Positions 21,694-32,008 of a DNA stretch of 64,000 nt are shown here, piece after piece. Position numbers and translations under genes: made by a program. Below the pieces are notes generated by a model, which was not told the origin of the DNA, did no database searches, and worked only from the letters and a program-made list of their open reading frames with translations. Source of the stretch: Rhizobium sp. (lineage in GTDB: Bacteria > Pseudomonadota > Alphaproteobacteria > Rhizobiales > Rhizobiaceae); assembly GCA_047606605.1 (NCBI GenBank), contig JASGEG010000101.1, positions 2,217 to 66,216 on the forward strand. Direction: 5' to 3'. Each line of letters starts with the position of its first letter. The stretch's first letter is position 1.

Positions 21694-24600
21694 TTGCCCA
21701 TTTCCAAGATCCTGGTTGCCAACCGATCCGAGATTGCGATCCGCGTGTTTCGCGCCGCCAATGAGCTCGGGATAAAAACAGTGGCCATCTGGGCCGAGGA
21801 AGACAAGCTGGCGCTGCATCGCTTCAAGGCGGATGAGAGCTATCAGGTCGGCCGTGGGCCGCATCTTGCCAAGGATATGGGACCGATCGAGAGTTATCTT
21901 TCGATCGACGAGATCATCCGCGTCGCCAAGCTGTCGGGCGCCGATGCCATCCATCCCGGCTATGGCCTGCTGTCGGAAAGCCCGGAATTCGTCGACGCCT
22001 GCGATGCCGCCGGCATCATCTTCATCGGTCCGAAGGCCGATACGATGCGCCAGCTCGGCAACAAGGTGGCCGCCCGCAATCTGGCGATCTCGGTCGGCGT
22101 GCCCGTCGTGCCGGCGACCGATCCGCTGCCCGACGACATGGCCGAAGTCGCCCGCATGGCCGAGGAGATCGGCTATCCGGTCATGCTCAAGGCCTCCTGG
22201 GGCGGCGGTGGCCGCGGCATGCGCGTCATCCGCTCCGAGGCCGATCTCGCCAAGGAAGTGACGGAAGCCAAGCGCGAGGCCAAGGCCGCCTTCGGCAAGG
22301 ACGAGGTCTATCTGGAAAAGCTCGTCGAGCGCGCCCGCCACGTCGAAAGCCAGATCCTCGGCGACACCCACGGCAATGTCGTGCATCTGTTCGAACGCGA
22401 CTGTTCGGTGCAGCGCCGCAACCAGAAGGTCGTCGAGCGCGCGCCGGCGCCCTATCTTTCCGATGCGCAGCGCCAGGAGCTGGCCGCCTATTCCCTGAAG
22501 ATCGCCGCCGCGACCAATTATATCGGCGCCGGCACCGTCGAGTATCTGATGGATGCCGATACCGGCAAGTTCTACTTCATCGAAGTCAATCCGCGCATCC
22601 AGGTCGAGCATACCGTGACGGAAGTCGTCACCGGCATCGATATCGTCAAGGCACAGATCCATATTCTCGACGGCTTTGCCATCGGCACGGCGGAATCGGG
22701 CGTGCCGAAGCAGCAGGATATCCGTCTCAACGGTCATGCGCTGCAATGCCGCGTGACGACCGAGGACCCCGAGCATAATTTCATTCCGGACTATGGCCGC
22801 ATCACCGCCTATCGCTCGGCCGCCGGCTTCGGCATCCGTCTCGACGGCGGCACCGCCTATTCCGGCGCCATCATCACCCGCTTCTACGATCCGCTGCTGG
22901 TCAAGGTCACGGCCTGGGCCTCGACGCCGGCAGAGGCCATCAGCCGCATGGACCGCGCCCTGCGCGAATTCCGCATCCGCGGCGTGGCGACGAACCTGAC
23001 CTTCCTCGAAGCGATCATCACCCACCCGAAATTCCGCGACAACAGCTATACGACGCGCTTCATCGACACGACGCCGGAGCTGTTCCAGCAGGTGAAGCGC
23101 CAGGACCGCGCCACCAAGCTGCTCACCTATCTCGCCGACGTCACCGTCAACGGCCATCCGGAGGCCCGCGGCCGGCCGGCGCCGTCGCCGAAGGCGGCCG
23201 AGCCGGTCTTGCCCTATATCGAAGGCAAGGTTCCGGACGGCAGCAAGCAGCGTCTCGACCGGCTCGGCCCGCAGAAATTCGCCGAATGGATGCGCAACGA
23301 GAAGCGGGTGCTGCTGACCGATACGACGATGCGCGACGGCCATCAGTCGCTGCTGGCGACCCGCATGCGCACCTTCGACATCGCCCGCGTCGCCGGCACC
23401 TATGCGCGCGCCCTGCCGCAGCTCCTGTCGCTGGAATGCTGGGGCGGCGCCACCTTCGACGTCTCCATGCGCTTCCTGACCGAAGATCCGTGGGAGCGCC
23501 TGTCGCTGATCCGCGAGGGCGCACCCAACCTGCTGTTGCAGATGCTGCTGCGCGGCGCCAACGGCGTCGGCTACACCAACTATCCCGACAATGTCGTCAA
23601 ATACTTCGTCCGCCAGGCGGCCCGAGGTTCGTCAAAGGGGGGCGGCATCGATCTCTTCCGCGTCTTCGACTGCCTGAACTGGGTCGAGAACATGCGCGTG
23701 TCGATGGACGCCATTGCCGAGGAGAACAAGCTCTGCGAGGCAGCCATCTGCTATACGGGCGACATCCTCAATTCCGCCCGCCCGAAATACGACCTGAAGT
23801 ACTACACCGACCTCGCCGTCGAGCTGGAAAAGGCCGGTGCCCACATCATCGCGCTGAAGGATATGGCCGGCCTCCTGAAGCCCGCCGCTGCCAAGGTGCT
23901 GTTCAAGGCGCTGCGCGAGGCGACCGGGCTGCCGATCCATTTCCACACGCATGACACCTCGGGCATTGCGGCGGCAACCGTGCTTGCGGCGGTCGATGCC
24001 GGCGTCGATGCCGTGGATGCGGCCATGGATGCGCTGTCGGGCAATACCTCGCAGCCCTGCCTCGGCTCGATCGTCGAGGCCTTGAAGGGGTCGGAGCGCG
24101 ATCCGGGCCTCGATCCCGAATGGATTCGCCGCATCTCCTTCTATTGGGAAGCGGTGCGCCACCAGTATGCCGCCTTCGAAAGCGACCTCAAGGGACCGGC
24201 TTCCGAAGTCTATCTGCACGAGATGCCGGGCGGCCAGTTCACCAATCTCAAGGAGCAGGCCCGCTCGCTCGGCCTCGAGACCCGCTGGCACGAGGTGGCG
24301 CAGGCCTATGCCGATGCCAACCAGATGTTCGGCGATATCGTCAAGGTGACGCCGTCCTCCAAGGTGGTGGGCGACATGGCGCTGATGATGGTGAGCCAGG
24401 ACCTGACGGTCTCCGACGTCGTCAGTCCGGACCGGGAGGTTTCCTTCCCGGAATCGGTGGTTTCCATGCTGAAGGGCGATCTCGGCCAGCCGCCGTCCGG
24501 ATGGCCGGAAGCCTTGCAGAAGAAGGCGCTGAAGGGTGAAAAGCCCTATACGGTGCGCCCCGGCTCGCTGCTGGCGCAGGCCGATCTCGATGCCGAGCGC

Positions 24601-25170
24601 AAGGTCATCGAGACCAAGCTGGAGCGCAAGGTCGACGATTTCGAATTCGCCTCCTATCTGATGTATCCGAAGGTCTTCACCGACTATGCCCTGGCCGCCG
24701 ATACCTATGGCCCGGTCTCGGTGCTGCCGACGCCCTCCTATTTCTATGGTCTCAAGGAAGGCGACGAGCTGTTTGCCGAGATCGAGCGCGGCAAGACGCT
24801 GGTGGTGGTCAACCAGGCGATGACGGCGACCGACGACAAGGGCATGGTGACGGTGTTCTTCGAGCTCAACGGCCAGCCGCGCCGCATCAAGGTGCCGGAC
24901 CGCGCCCATGGCGCTTCCGGCAGCGCCATCCGCCGCAAGGTCGAGACCGGCAATGCCGCCCATGTCGGCGCGCCGATGCCGGGCGTCATCTCCAGCGTCT
25001 TCGTCGCGCCCGGCCAGGCCATCAAGGCCGGCGATGTGCTGGTGTCCATCGAGGCCATGAAGATGGAAACGGCGCTGCATGCGGAAAAGGACGGCACGAT
25101 CTCCGAGGTGCTGGTCCGCGCCGGCGACCAGATCGACGCCAAGGACCTGCTCGTCGTCTACGGCGCCTGA
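21694..25170 (+). CDS. pyc: Pyruvate carboxylase
   Basis: KILVANRSEIAIR, DTTMRDGHQSL, EAMKME biotin site; GAGGAG RBS before TTG. Confidence 0.97.
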   Translation: MPISKILVANRSEIAIRVFRAANELGIKTVAIWAEEDKLALHRFKADESYQVGRGPHLAKDMGPIESYLSIDEIIRVAKLSGADAIHPGYGLLSESPEFVDACDAAGIIFIGPKADTMRQLGNKVAARNLAISVGVPVVPATDPLPDDMAEVARMAEEIGYPVMLKASWGGGGRGMRVIRSEADLAKEVTEAKREAKAAFGKDEVYLEKLVERARHVESQILGDTHGNVVHLFERDCSVQRRNQKVVERAPAPYLSDAQRQELAAYSLKIAAATNYIGAGTVEYLMDADTGKFYFIEVNPRIQVEHTVTEVVTGIDIVKAQIHILDGFAIGTAESGVPKQQDIRLNGHALQCRVTTEDPEHNFIPDYGRITAYRSAAGFGIRLDGGTAYSGAIITRFYDPLLVKVTAWASTPAEAISRMDRALREFRIRGVATNLTFLEAIITHPKFRDNSYTTRFIDTTPELFQQVKRQDRATKLLTYLADVTVNGHPEARGRPAPSPKAAEPVLPYIEGKVPDGSKQRLDRLGPQKFAEWMRNEKRVLLTDTTMRDGHQSLLATRMRTFDIARVAGTYARALPQLLSLECWGGATFDVSMRFLTEDPWERLSLIREGAPNLLLQMLLRGANGVGYTNYPDNVVKYFVRQAARGSSKGGGIDLFRVFDCLNWVENMRVSMDAIAEENKLCEAAICYTGDILNSARPKYDLKYYTDLAVELEKAGAHIIALKDMAGLLKPAAAKVLFKALREATGLPIHFHTHDTSGIAAATVLAAVDAGVDAVDAAMDALSGNTSQPCLGSIVEALKGSERDPGLDPEWIRRISFYWEAVRHQYAAFESDLKGPASEVYLHEMPGGQFTNLKEQARSLGLETRWHEVAQAYADANQMFGDIVKVTPSSKVVGDMALMMVSQDLTVSDVVSPDREVSFPESVVSMLKGDLGQPPSGWPEALQKKALKGEKPYTVRPGSLLAQADLDAERKVIETKLERKVDDFEFASYLMYPKVFTDYALAADTYGPVSVLPTPSYFYGLKEGDELFAEIERGKTLVVVNQAMTATDDKGMVTVFFELNGQPRRIKVPDRAHGASGSAIRRKVETGNAAHVGAPMPGVISSVFVAPGQAIKAGDVLVSIEAMKMETALHAEKDGTISEVLVRAGDQIDAKDLLVVYGA

Positions 25171-25190
25171 GCGTTCATGATGCGATAAGA

Positions 25191-25224
25191 GAAAGGGGCG
25201 GGCTCTTGGGTCTGCCCCTTTTCG
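25191..25224 (+). terminator. Terminator after pyc
   Basis: gaaaggggcgggc...gtctgccccttttc. Confidence 0.7.
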
Positions 25225-25253
25225 GTTTGGCAAGCAGAGATGAAGGCGCATCC

Positions 25254-26075
25254 ATGACCGACAGTGTCCGCCGTTTCGGGCAATATGACGTTATCCTCCT
25301 GCGCGACGGTCTCTTCGAGGCGCCGGCGGACGTGCTGATCCATGCGGATGGCGATGCCGCCCGGCAGCGCGCGATCGAGAGCTGGGGCAAACCGACGCTG
25401 CAGGTGGACGTAAACTGCTTCGCGCTGCGCGATGGGGCCGACATTACCCTCGTGGATGCCGGCACTGGGACGTCGTGGGGGCCGAAATACGGCCATGCGC
25501 GAACGGCGCTGCGGGAGGCCGGCATCGCGCCCGATCAGGTCCGGCGCATATTGCTCACCCATATCCATGGCGACCACGCGCTCGGCCTCTTCGATGGAGA
25601 CGCGGCCTATTTCCCTCATGCCGAGGTGTTCGTGCCGGAGCGCGATTTCGCCTTTTTCACCGATCCCGCCGTCCGGCAGACGATACCGGAGGCGCGGCGC
25701 GGCGGTTTTAACATAGCCGAGCAGCTCCAGCGGACCTATGGGCCGCGCATTCGGCGGATCGGGGACGGGCCCGTCCTCGCCGGCATAGAGGCGCGTCCGC
25801 TACCGGGGCATACGCCCGGCCATACCGGTTACCTGCTGCGCGGCGGGAACGAGAGCCTCCTGATCTGGGGCGATGCCCTGCATCTGGGTGGCCTTCAGCC
25901 CGGCGATCCGAAGATCGGGCTGGTCTTCGATCTCGATGCCGGGATGGCGGCGCGAACGCGCCGAACCGTGCTGGAAGATGCATCCCGTGAGGGCTGGATA
26001 GTCGCCGGCGGTCATATCACCGGCTTCAGCCGCGTGGAGCGGCTTTCCGAAGCCTACCGGATCGTGCCGGCGTAA
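25254..26075 (+). CDS. MBL-fold metallo-hydrolase (methyl-parathion-hydrolase-like)
   Basis: THIHGDH, GHTPGH, WGD and terminal GGH motifs. Confidence 0.85.
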   Translation: MTDSVRRFGQYDVILLRDGLFEAPADVLIHADGDAARQRAIESWGKPTLQVDVNCFALRDGADITLVDAGTGTSWGPKYGHARTALREAGIAPDQVRRILLTHIHGDHALGLFDGDAAYFPHAEVFVPERDFAFFTDPAVRQTIPEARRGGFNIAEQLQRTYGPRIRRIGDGPVLAGIEARPLPGHTPGHTGYLLRGGNESLLIWGDALHLGGLQPGDPKIGLVFDLDAGMAARTRRTVLEDASREGWIVAGGHITGFSRVERLSEAYRIVPA

Positions 26076-26082
26076 GGCCGCA

Positions 26083-27342
26083 TCACGAAACCGGTTCGGT
26101 CGCGCGCCGCTCGATGAGCGCCGCCCAGAATGCCGCCAGCAATGCCAGGAACGCCGATGCGAGCATCACGGTGAACAGGGCGGGAATTGTCGCCGATTGC
26201 GCGAGCGCCAGGCCGGCGGCCGAGCCGAGAAGCGCGCCGCCGGCGATCCGCATGGCGGCGGCGAGCCCCGCCGCGGTGCCGACGAGATCGGGCCGGACGG
26301 ATAGGGCGCCGCTATTGGCGACCGGCATGGTCAGGCCGTTGCCGATGCCGATGAAGATGCAGGGGCCGAAGAATGCTAGGCTGTGGGTGATGCCCGACAG
26401 CGACAGGATCAGGCCGGCCGACAGACCCAGGCAGGTCAGCAGCCGCGCGACGATGAGGATCGCGCCGAGCGACATTCTCGCGGCGTAGCGGCCGGCCAGA
26501 TAGCTGCCGAAAATGAAGCCGGCGGGGACCAGTCCCATATAGAAGCCGAGCATCGCGCTCGATCCGCCGAGCGCATTGCCGATGGCGAGCGGCGCACCGC
26601 CGAGAAAGGCATAGAGTACGCCCATCGAGCAGGCCATGCATGCGGTATAGGCCCAGAACCGGGCCGAACCCAGGAGCAGCCCATAGGAGGCGAGATAGCG
26701 CCTGCCCGGTTGCGGCGCGGGCGCGGCCGACCCTTTCAGTTCGCGCATCGACAGGACGAAGGCGCCAAGCCCGAGGATCGCCAGCGTGACGAAGCTCGCC
26801 TGCCAGCCGAACAACTCGTCCAGCGAGCCGCCCAGCAGCGGCCCGACCATCGGCGCAAGCGCCCATCCCATGGCGAGATAGCCGAACTTGCTGGCGGCTT
26901 GCCGGTCGTCGGATGTTTCCTTGATGACGACCAGGGCGACGGAATAGCAGGGGCCGATGCCTGCCTGCAGCGCGCGAAACAGGAGAAAGGTGCCGATGTC
27001 CGGGGCCAGAACGCAGCCGATGGAGGCGACGATGAAGATGGAGAGCGAGATCAGGACGACAGGCCTGCGGCCGAACCGGTCCGATATCGCTCCGCCGATG
27101 ATTTCCAGAAAGGCGGTGACGAGCGAATAGCCGGCAACCGAGAGGTTCACCAGCGCGATATCCGCCTGGAAGGCCGCGGCGATCTTCGGCAGTGACGGCA
27201 GGATCATGTTCACCGGCAGCACGGCGAGCGCCGAAAGCAGGATGAGGGTCGTCAGCCGCGGCGGCGCGGCCGTCCCGCCGCTGTCCGGTGTCTCCGTCGT
27301 CTGGGTGTCCGAAATGTCGATGCGGTTGTCGGTGCGCGTCAT
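26083..27342 (-). CDS. Bcr/CflA-family (DHA1) MFS transporter
   Basis: NMILPSLP, GAISDRFGRRPV, multiple hydrophobic segments. Confidence 0.85.
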   Translation of the reverse strand: MTRTDNRIDISDTQTTETPDSGGTAAPPRLTTLILLSALAVLPVNMILPSLPKIAAAFQADIALVNLSVAGYSLVTAFLEIIGGAISDRFGRRPVVLISLSIFIVASIGCVLAPDIGTFLLFRALQAGIGPCYSVALVVIKETSDDRQAASKFGYLAMGWALAPMVGPLLGGSLDELFGWQASFVTLAILGLGAFVLSMRELKGSAAPAPQPGRRYLASYGLLLGSARFWAYTACMACSMGVLYAFLGGAPLAIGNALGGSSAMLGFYMGLVPAGFIFGSYLAGRYAARMSLGAILIVARLLTCLGLSAGLILSLSGITHSLAFFGPCIFIGIGNGLTMPVANSGALSVRPDLVGTAAGLAAAMRIAGGALLGSAAGLALAQSATIPALFTVMLASAFLALLAAFWAALIERRATEPVS

Positions 27343-27411
27343 GGCCTTGTCCGTCTCGTGGATGGGAAGTCGGGGAAGATCTGACGAGGCGAAGCCCGGA
27401 TTCCGGGCAAT

Positions 27412-27434
27412 AAAAAAGGCCCCGTCAGGAGCCT
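27412..27434 (-). terminator. Attenuator terminator upstream of MFS gene
   Basis: Minus strand aggctcc-tgac-ggggcct followed by a U-run. Confidence 0.8.
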
Positions 27435-27466
27435 GCTTACCGCGCATGGGTGCTTTCGCCGGATGG

Positions 27467-27523
27467 CTACGCCACCCTGCCCATGCGCCTTCCTACCACT
27501 ACGAGAACCAATGCCGTGTTCAT
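27467..27523 (-). CDS. Leader peptide MNTALVLVVVGRRMGRVA (branched-chain amino acid attenuator type)
   Basis: 18 codons with run TTG GTT CTC GTA GTG GTA; followed by complementary segments and a terminator. Confidence 0.75.
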   Translation of the reverse strand: MNTALVLVVVGRRMGRVA

Positions 27524-27606
27524 GACATTAGAGCTAACCCACAAAGACGCGCATCGTCAATGCGCGTCCTGCCCGGACGATTGGTGTTTCGCCGCGGCGC
27601 TCTCGC

Positions 27607-28368
27607 TCAAATGTCGTAGCTATGCCCGGCATTCAGCGTCGAGATGAATTGTTTCGTCCGCTCCTGCTGCGGCGTGCCGAAGATGGTGCGCGACGAGCCG
27701 GTCTCGACGATGCTGCCGGCTTCGAGGAAGACGACATTGTTGGCGATCTTCGAGGCCAGCCGCAGGTCGTGCGTCGCCATGACCATGGTCGTGCCCTCAT
27801 TGGCGAGCTTGCCCAGCACATCGACGACCTCGGCCGCCAATTCCGGATCGAGCGCCGAGGTCGGCTCGTCGCAGAGCAGCACGCGCGGCGAAGGGGCAAG
27901 CGCGCGGGCGATCGCCACGCGCTGTTGCTGGCCGCCCGACAGCGTCGCGGGCCAGGCGTCCATCTTGTGCGCCATGCCGACCTTGGTCAGCAGTTCGACG
28001 GCGCGGGCGCGGGCCTTGTCTTGCGGCCAGCGCAGCACGGTCGTCAGGCCTTCCATGACATTCTCGATGGCGGTGCGGTGCGGGAAAAGCTGGAAATTCT
28101 GGAAGACCATGCCGGTCTGGCGGCGGATCTTCTGGATGTCCTGCCAGGTGGTCTTCCGGCCCGGCTGGAAGGTTGCCGTCTCCCCGCCGATGCGGATCGT
28201 GCCGGCGGTCGGGATTTCCAAGAGGTTGATGCAGCGCAGAAGCGTGCTCTTGCCGCCGCCGGAGGGGCCGACAAGCGCCGTCACCGTGCCTTCGGGGATC
28301 AGCAGGCTGATATCTTTCAGGATGACGTTGTCGCCGAAGCGCTTTTCGATATGCGACAGCTCGATCAT
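27607..28368 (-). CDS. Polar amino acid ABC transporter ATP-binding protein (TcyC/YecC-like)
   Basis: [26 protein letters not shown]. Confidence 0.9.
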   Translation of the reverse strand: MIELSHIEKRFGDNVILKDISLLIPEGTVTALVGPSGGGKSTLLRCINLLEIPTAGTIRIGGETATFQPGRKTTWQDIQKIRRQTGMVFQNFQLFPHRTAIENVMEGLTTVLRWPQDKARARAVELLTKVGMAHKMDAWPATLSGGQQQRVAIARALAPSPRVLLCDEPTSALDPELAAEVVDVLGKLANEGTTMVMATHDLRLASKIANNVVFLEAGSIVETGSSRTIFGTPQQERTKQFISTLNAGHSYDI

Positions 28369-29048
28369 GCGCGTGCCTCCTCCAGCGTGCCGCCATAGCG
28401 CGCGAAGCGGCGCTCGAGCCGGCCTTGCAGCGCCGACAGGAACGAGCTCATGACGAGATAGATCAGCGCGGCCTCGACATAGAGGATCAGCGGCTCATAG
28501 GTCGTCGCGACGATGCGCTGGGCGGCCTGGAACATTTCCGGCACGGTGATGGCGGCGGCAAGCGACGTGTCCTTGACCAGCGAGATGAAGGTGTTCGACA
28601 GCGGCGGCACGGCGACGCGGGCCGCCTGCGGCAGGATGGTGCGGCTCATCGCCTGGCGCCAGTTCATGCCGATGGAATAGGCTGCTTCCCACTGACCCTT
28701 CGGCACGGAGGAGATGACGGCGCGGATGATTTCCGACGTATAGGCGCCGACGCTGAGCGTGAAGCCGATGACGGCGGCTGGGAAGGCATCCAGCAGGATG
28801 CCCATGCTCGGCAGGCCGTAGAAGATGACGAAGAGCTGCACCAGAAGCGGCGTGCCGCGGATCACCCAGACATAGAAGCGCGCGACGGCCACCAGCGGCG
28901 CCGGCCCGAACAGCCGGATGACGGCGGTCAGCAAGCCGAGCAGCAGGCCGAGGACGAAGGTGATGAGGGTAAGGGGGATGGTGAAGACGAGCCCCGCCCA
29001 CAAGAGCGTGCCCAGGGATTCCCCCATCAATTGCAGCCAGTGCTCCAC
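28365..29048 (-). CDS. Amino acid ABC transporter permease (TcyB/YecS-like)
   Basis: RGTPLLVQLF, GQWEAA, LVKDTSL. Confidence 0.9.
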   Translation of the reverse strand: MEHWLQLMGESLGTLLWAGLVFTIPLTLITFVLGLLLGLLTAVIRLFGPAPLVAVARFYVWVIRGTPLLVQLFVIFYGLPSMGILLDAFPAAVIGFTLSVGAYTSEIIRAVISSVPKGQWEAAYSIGMNWRQAMSRTILPQAARVAVPPLSNTFISLVKDTSLAAAITVPEMFQAAQRIVATTYEPLILYVEAALIYLVMSSFLSALQGRLERRFARYGGTLEEARA

Positions 29049-29135
29049 GCAGAAGCGACCTTTCCATAACAGAATGCGTCCGGGATGGCCCCGGACGCAT
29101 CTTTTTCACAATTTGGCGTTTCTGCCTATTCCCTC

Positions 29136-29909
29136 TTACTTCGAAACGTCCTGTCCGAAGTATTTCTGGGAGATCTTGGCATAGGTGCCGTCGGCCTTGA
29201 TGTCGGCCAGCGCCTTGTTGATAGCGGCCTGCAGCTCCGGCTCGCCCTTGCGGAAGATGACGGCGGAGAAATCGGCATTGGCCTGCTGGGCGACGATCTT
29301 CACCGGCGCGTCGGGCTTGTGCTTCTTGAAGTCGAGGAAGGACAGGCTGTCGTTGATCGTCGCATCGGCGCGACCGGTCAGCACCAGCTGGATCGACTGG
29401 TCGAAGCCGTCGGTGCCGACGAGCTCGGCGCCGGACGCTTGAGCGAGCTTGCCGAAATTGCTGGTCAGCGACTGGGCGGCCTTCTTGCCCTTGAGGTCGG
29501 CGAAATCCCTGATGTCGCTGTTGCCTTCCTTGACGATCAGCACGGCCTTGGAGGCGATGTAGGGCTCGGAGAAATCATATTTCTGCTTGCGGGCCTCGGT
29601 GACGCCGACTTCGTTGATGACGGCATCGTAGCGCTTGGCGTCGAGGCCGGCGATCAGGCCGTCCCACTTGCCTTCCAGGAACTCGGCCTTGACGCCGAGC
29701 TTGGCGGCGATCGCCTCGGCGATCTCGACGTCGAAGCCGGTGAGCTTGCCGCTTTCGTCATGATAGGTGAAGGGCGCATAGGTGCCTTCCGTGCCGACCT
29801 TGAACACGCCGGCCGACTGGATCGCCTTCAGGTTTTCGCCGGCATGCGCCGGCAGGAGGAATGCGGCCTGCACGAGGGCGGCAGCGGCAACGGTCTTCAA
29901 CCAGTTCAT
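29136..29909 (-). CDS. Amino acid (cystine-type, FliY/TcyA-like) ABC substrate-binding protein
   Basis: Signal peptide, GTEGTYAPF, SQKYFGQDVSK; start could be any of three tandem ATGs. Confidence 0.88.
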   Translation of the reverse strand: MNWLKTVAAAALVQAAFLLPAHAGENLKAIQSAGVFKVGTEGTYAPFTYHDESGKLTGFDVEIAEAIAAKLGVKAEFLEGKWDGLIAGLDAKRYDAVINEVGVTEARKQKYDFSEPYIASKAVLIVKEGNSDIRDFADLKGKKAAQSLTSNFGKLAQASGAELVGTDGFDQSIQLVLTGRADATINDSLSFLDFKKHKPDAPVKIVAQQANADFSAVIFRKGEPELQAAINKALADIKADGTYAKISQKYFGQDVSK

Positions 29910-30198
29910 CATCATCTTCCGTTTCTGGAGCGGTTTCATTCAATGTCGCATAGATCGCAGAAAAAATGGACGGGGGAAGCGTAGAAAACTGCGAAAGGAA
30001 TGGGCAATTGCGAATATTTTTCTCAAAGGGGGAGGGGTGATGACTCTTTTGGCGGAGTGCAAGTGAGTCACCGTGTTGTGTCATTCGGTTTAGAAACCAT
30101 CGATACTTCCGCTTTCGCCCCAAACCCGCCATTCCCATATTCGTCTGTCCGGGTGGTCCCCCGGTGCGGGTTGATGATCACGTCCATTCATCGCCTTC

Positions 30199-31098
30199 CT
30201 AGCCTGCCATGCGCGCATATCGGGCCGGCGGCATCCCGGCATGCCGCGCAAATGCAACGCTGAAGGTGCTTGCCGACCCGTAACCGACGCGTTCCGCCAC
30301 TTGATCGATTCCGAGATTCCGATCCCGCAACAGCTGCTTTGCGAGCGCCATGCGCCAGGTCAGCAGATATTCCATGGGGGGTAGGCCGACGATGCGGTTG
30401 AACCGCACAAAGAAAGCCGAACGGGACAGCGCCGCTTCGTTCGCAAGATCGGCGACAGTCCAGGGATGTTCGGGGCGGGCATGCATCGCATGAAGCGCGG
30501 CCGCCAAGCGTTCGTCGCCCAAGCCACGGCTCAGGCCAGGCGCGGATGTGGGTTCCGTTCCGGATCGCAATGCTTCGATCAACAACACCTCGAGAAGCCG
30601 TTCCAGCACGAGCTCGCGTGCCGCTCGCTGCTCGCGCGTTTCCTCGTCGACCAACTGCATCAGCGTGGCAAGCCGGGGCCGATCGCGAACGAGAACCACG
30701 TCCGGCAACAGTGAGACAAGCAGCGCCGAATCCGGCGCGCCGAAGCTGCAATGGCCGATCCGCATGCGCAGATCGGCAGGGCCGTCATGATATCCGACTC
30801 GGAAATGTCCTTCGCTGACCTGTCTCGGGACTGTGGCTGACAGATCGGCCGGCGCATCGATGCTCTCGTTGACCAGGTTCCGCATCGCGGGCGCGAGGAC
30901 AAAGTCGCCGGCCTGAAGGACGAATGATTGATGGCTGCCGAACGTGACGCGGCAACTCCCCTCCAGGATCGCGCAATAGAATGGTTCGCCCGTCGCCTCG
31001 CGATGAATTCGCCACGGACCCGCACATTCCACCAGCTTCGAGAAGCGGGCGGCAGGTTGTAGTAGAGTGACGATTTCTGCAAGAGGATCGACGGCCAT
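30199..31098 (-). CDS. AraC-family regulator with cupin domain
   Basis: MHARPEHPWTV..LA, VGYGSASTFS..F HTH; divergent from SDR. Confidence 0.88.
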   Translation of the reverse strand: MAVDPLAEIVTLLQPAARFSKLVECAGPWRIHREATGEPFYCAILEGSCRVTFGSHQSFVLQAGDFVLAPAMRNLVNESIDAPADLSATVPRQVSEGHFRVGYHDGPADLRMRIGHCSFGAPDSALLVSLLPDVVLVRDRPRLATLMQLVDEETREQRAARELVLERLLEVLLIEALRSGTEPTSAPGLSRGLGDERLAAALHAMHARPEHPWTVADLANEAALSRSAFFVRFNRIVGLPPMEYLLTWRMALAKQLLRDRNLGIDQVAERVGYGSASTFSVAFARHAGMPPARYARMAG

Positions 31099-31195
31099 AA
31101 TCAGGACTAACGCTAAAGAAATACGGACTTCAGCCTATATTAAGTCTTTTGCCCGGTCACTACCATAGTGTCTTCACCTTTGTATGGAGATGCTT

Positions 31196-31948
31196 ATGCC
31201 TACGATATTGATCACCGGTTGCTCGTCCGGCTTCGGTCTGGAAACCGCAAAACTGTTCCTCGAAAGGGGCTGGGATGTGATCGCGACCATGCGAACACCC
31301 AACGAAGATCTGTTACCGGCCTCCGAGCGCCTGCGCGTGCTTGCGCTCGACGTCACCGATTCGACAAGCATCGCACAGACAGTGGAGGCGGCAGGCCGCG
31401 TCGATGTTCTGGTCAACAATGCCGGCTTCGGCGCGCCATCTCCGGTCGAACTGACAGCGCCGGAAACGGTCCAGGCACTGTTTCAGACGAATACGATCGG
31501 AACGCTGGCGATGGTTCAGGCTGTCGTGCCGCAAATGAGGCGGCGCCGGGCCGGAGTGGTCATCAACGTCACCTCCACGGTGACGGTCAAGACATTGCCG
31601 GTCGTCGGTGTTTACCGCGCGAGCAAGGCGGCGGTAAACGCCTTCACCGAGTCGCTGGCGGTGGAAATGAAGCCATTTGGTGTGCGCGTGCACATCGTTT
31701 TGCCGGGCCGTTCGCCGGAAACAAGCTTTGGCGCCAACGCCCGTCCGCATCTGCGCGGGATGGACGACCCGGACTATGCGCCGCTGCTCCAGCAGTTCGT
31801 GAAGAGTGTGCAGCAAGATACAGGTCCAGTGACCCATGCAGCCGACGTGGCAGAGGCGGTTTGGCGAGCTGCCACCGACCCATCTGCTCCGCTGCGTATT
31901 CCCGGTGGCGCGGACGCAGAGCTCTGGATGGCCGAGGCAGGTTTGTAA
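31196..31948 (+). CDS. SDR-family oxidoreductase
   Basis: TGCSSGFG, NNAG, YRASK. Confidence 0.9.
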   Translation: MPTILITGCSSGFGLETAKLFLERGWDVIATMRTPNEDLLPASERLRVLALDVTDSTSIAQTVEAAGRVDVLVNNAGFGAPSPVELTAPETVQALFQTNTIGTLAMVQAVVPQMRRRRAGVVINVTSTVTVKTLPVVGVYRASKAAVNAFTESLAVEMKPFGVRVHIVLPGRSPETSFGANARPHLRGMDDPDYAPLLQQFVKSVQQDTGPVTHAADVAEAVWRAATDPSAPLRIPGGADAELWMAEAGL

Positions 31949-32008
31949 CCGAAGCTGCGGTCGCCAAAGCGGTGCCGCAGTTTCCGCTAATCCCTGTCGG
32001 CGTCCACC

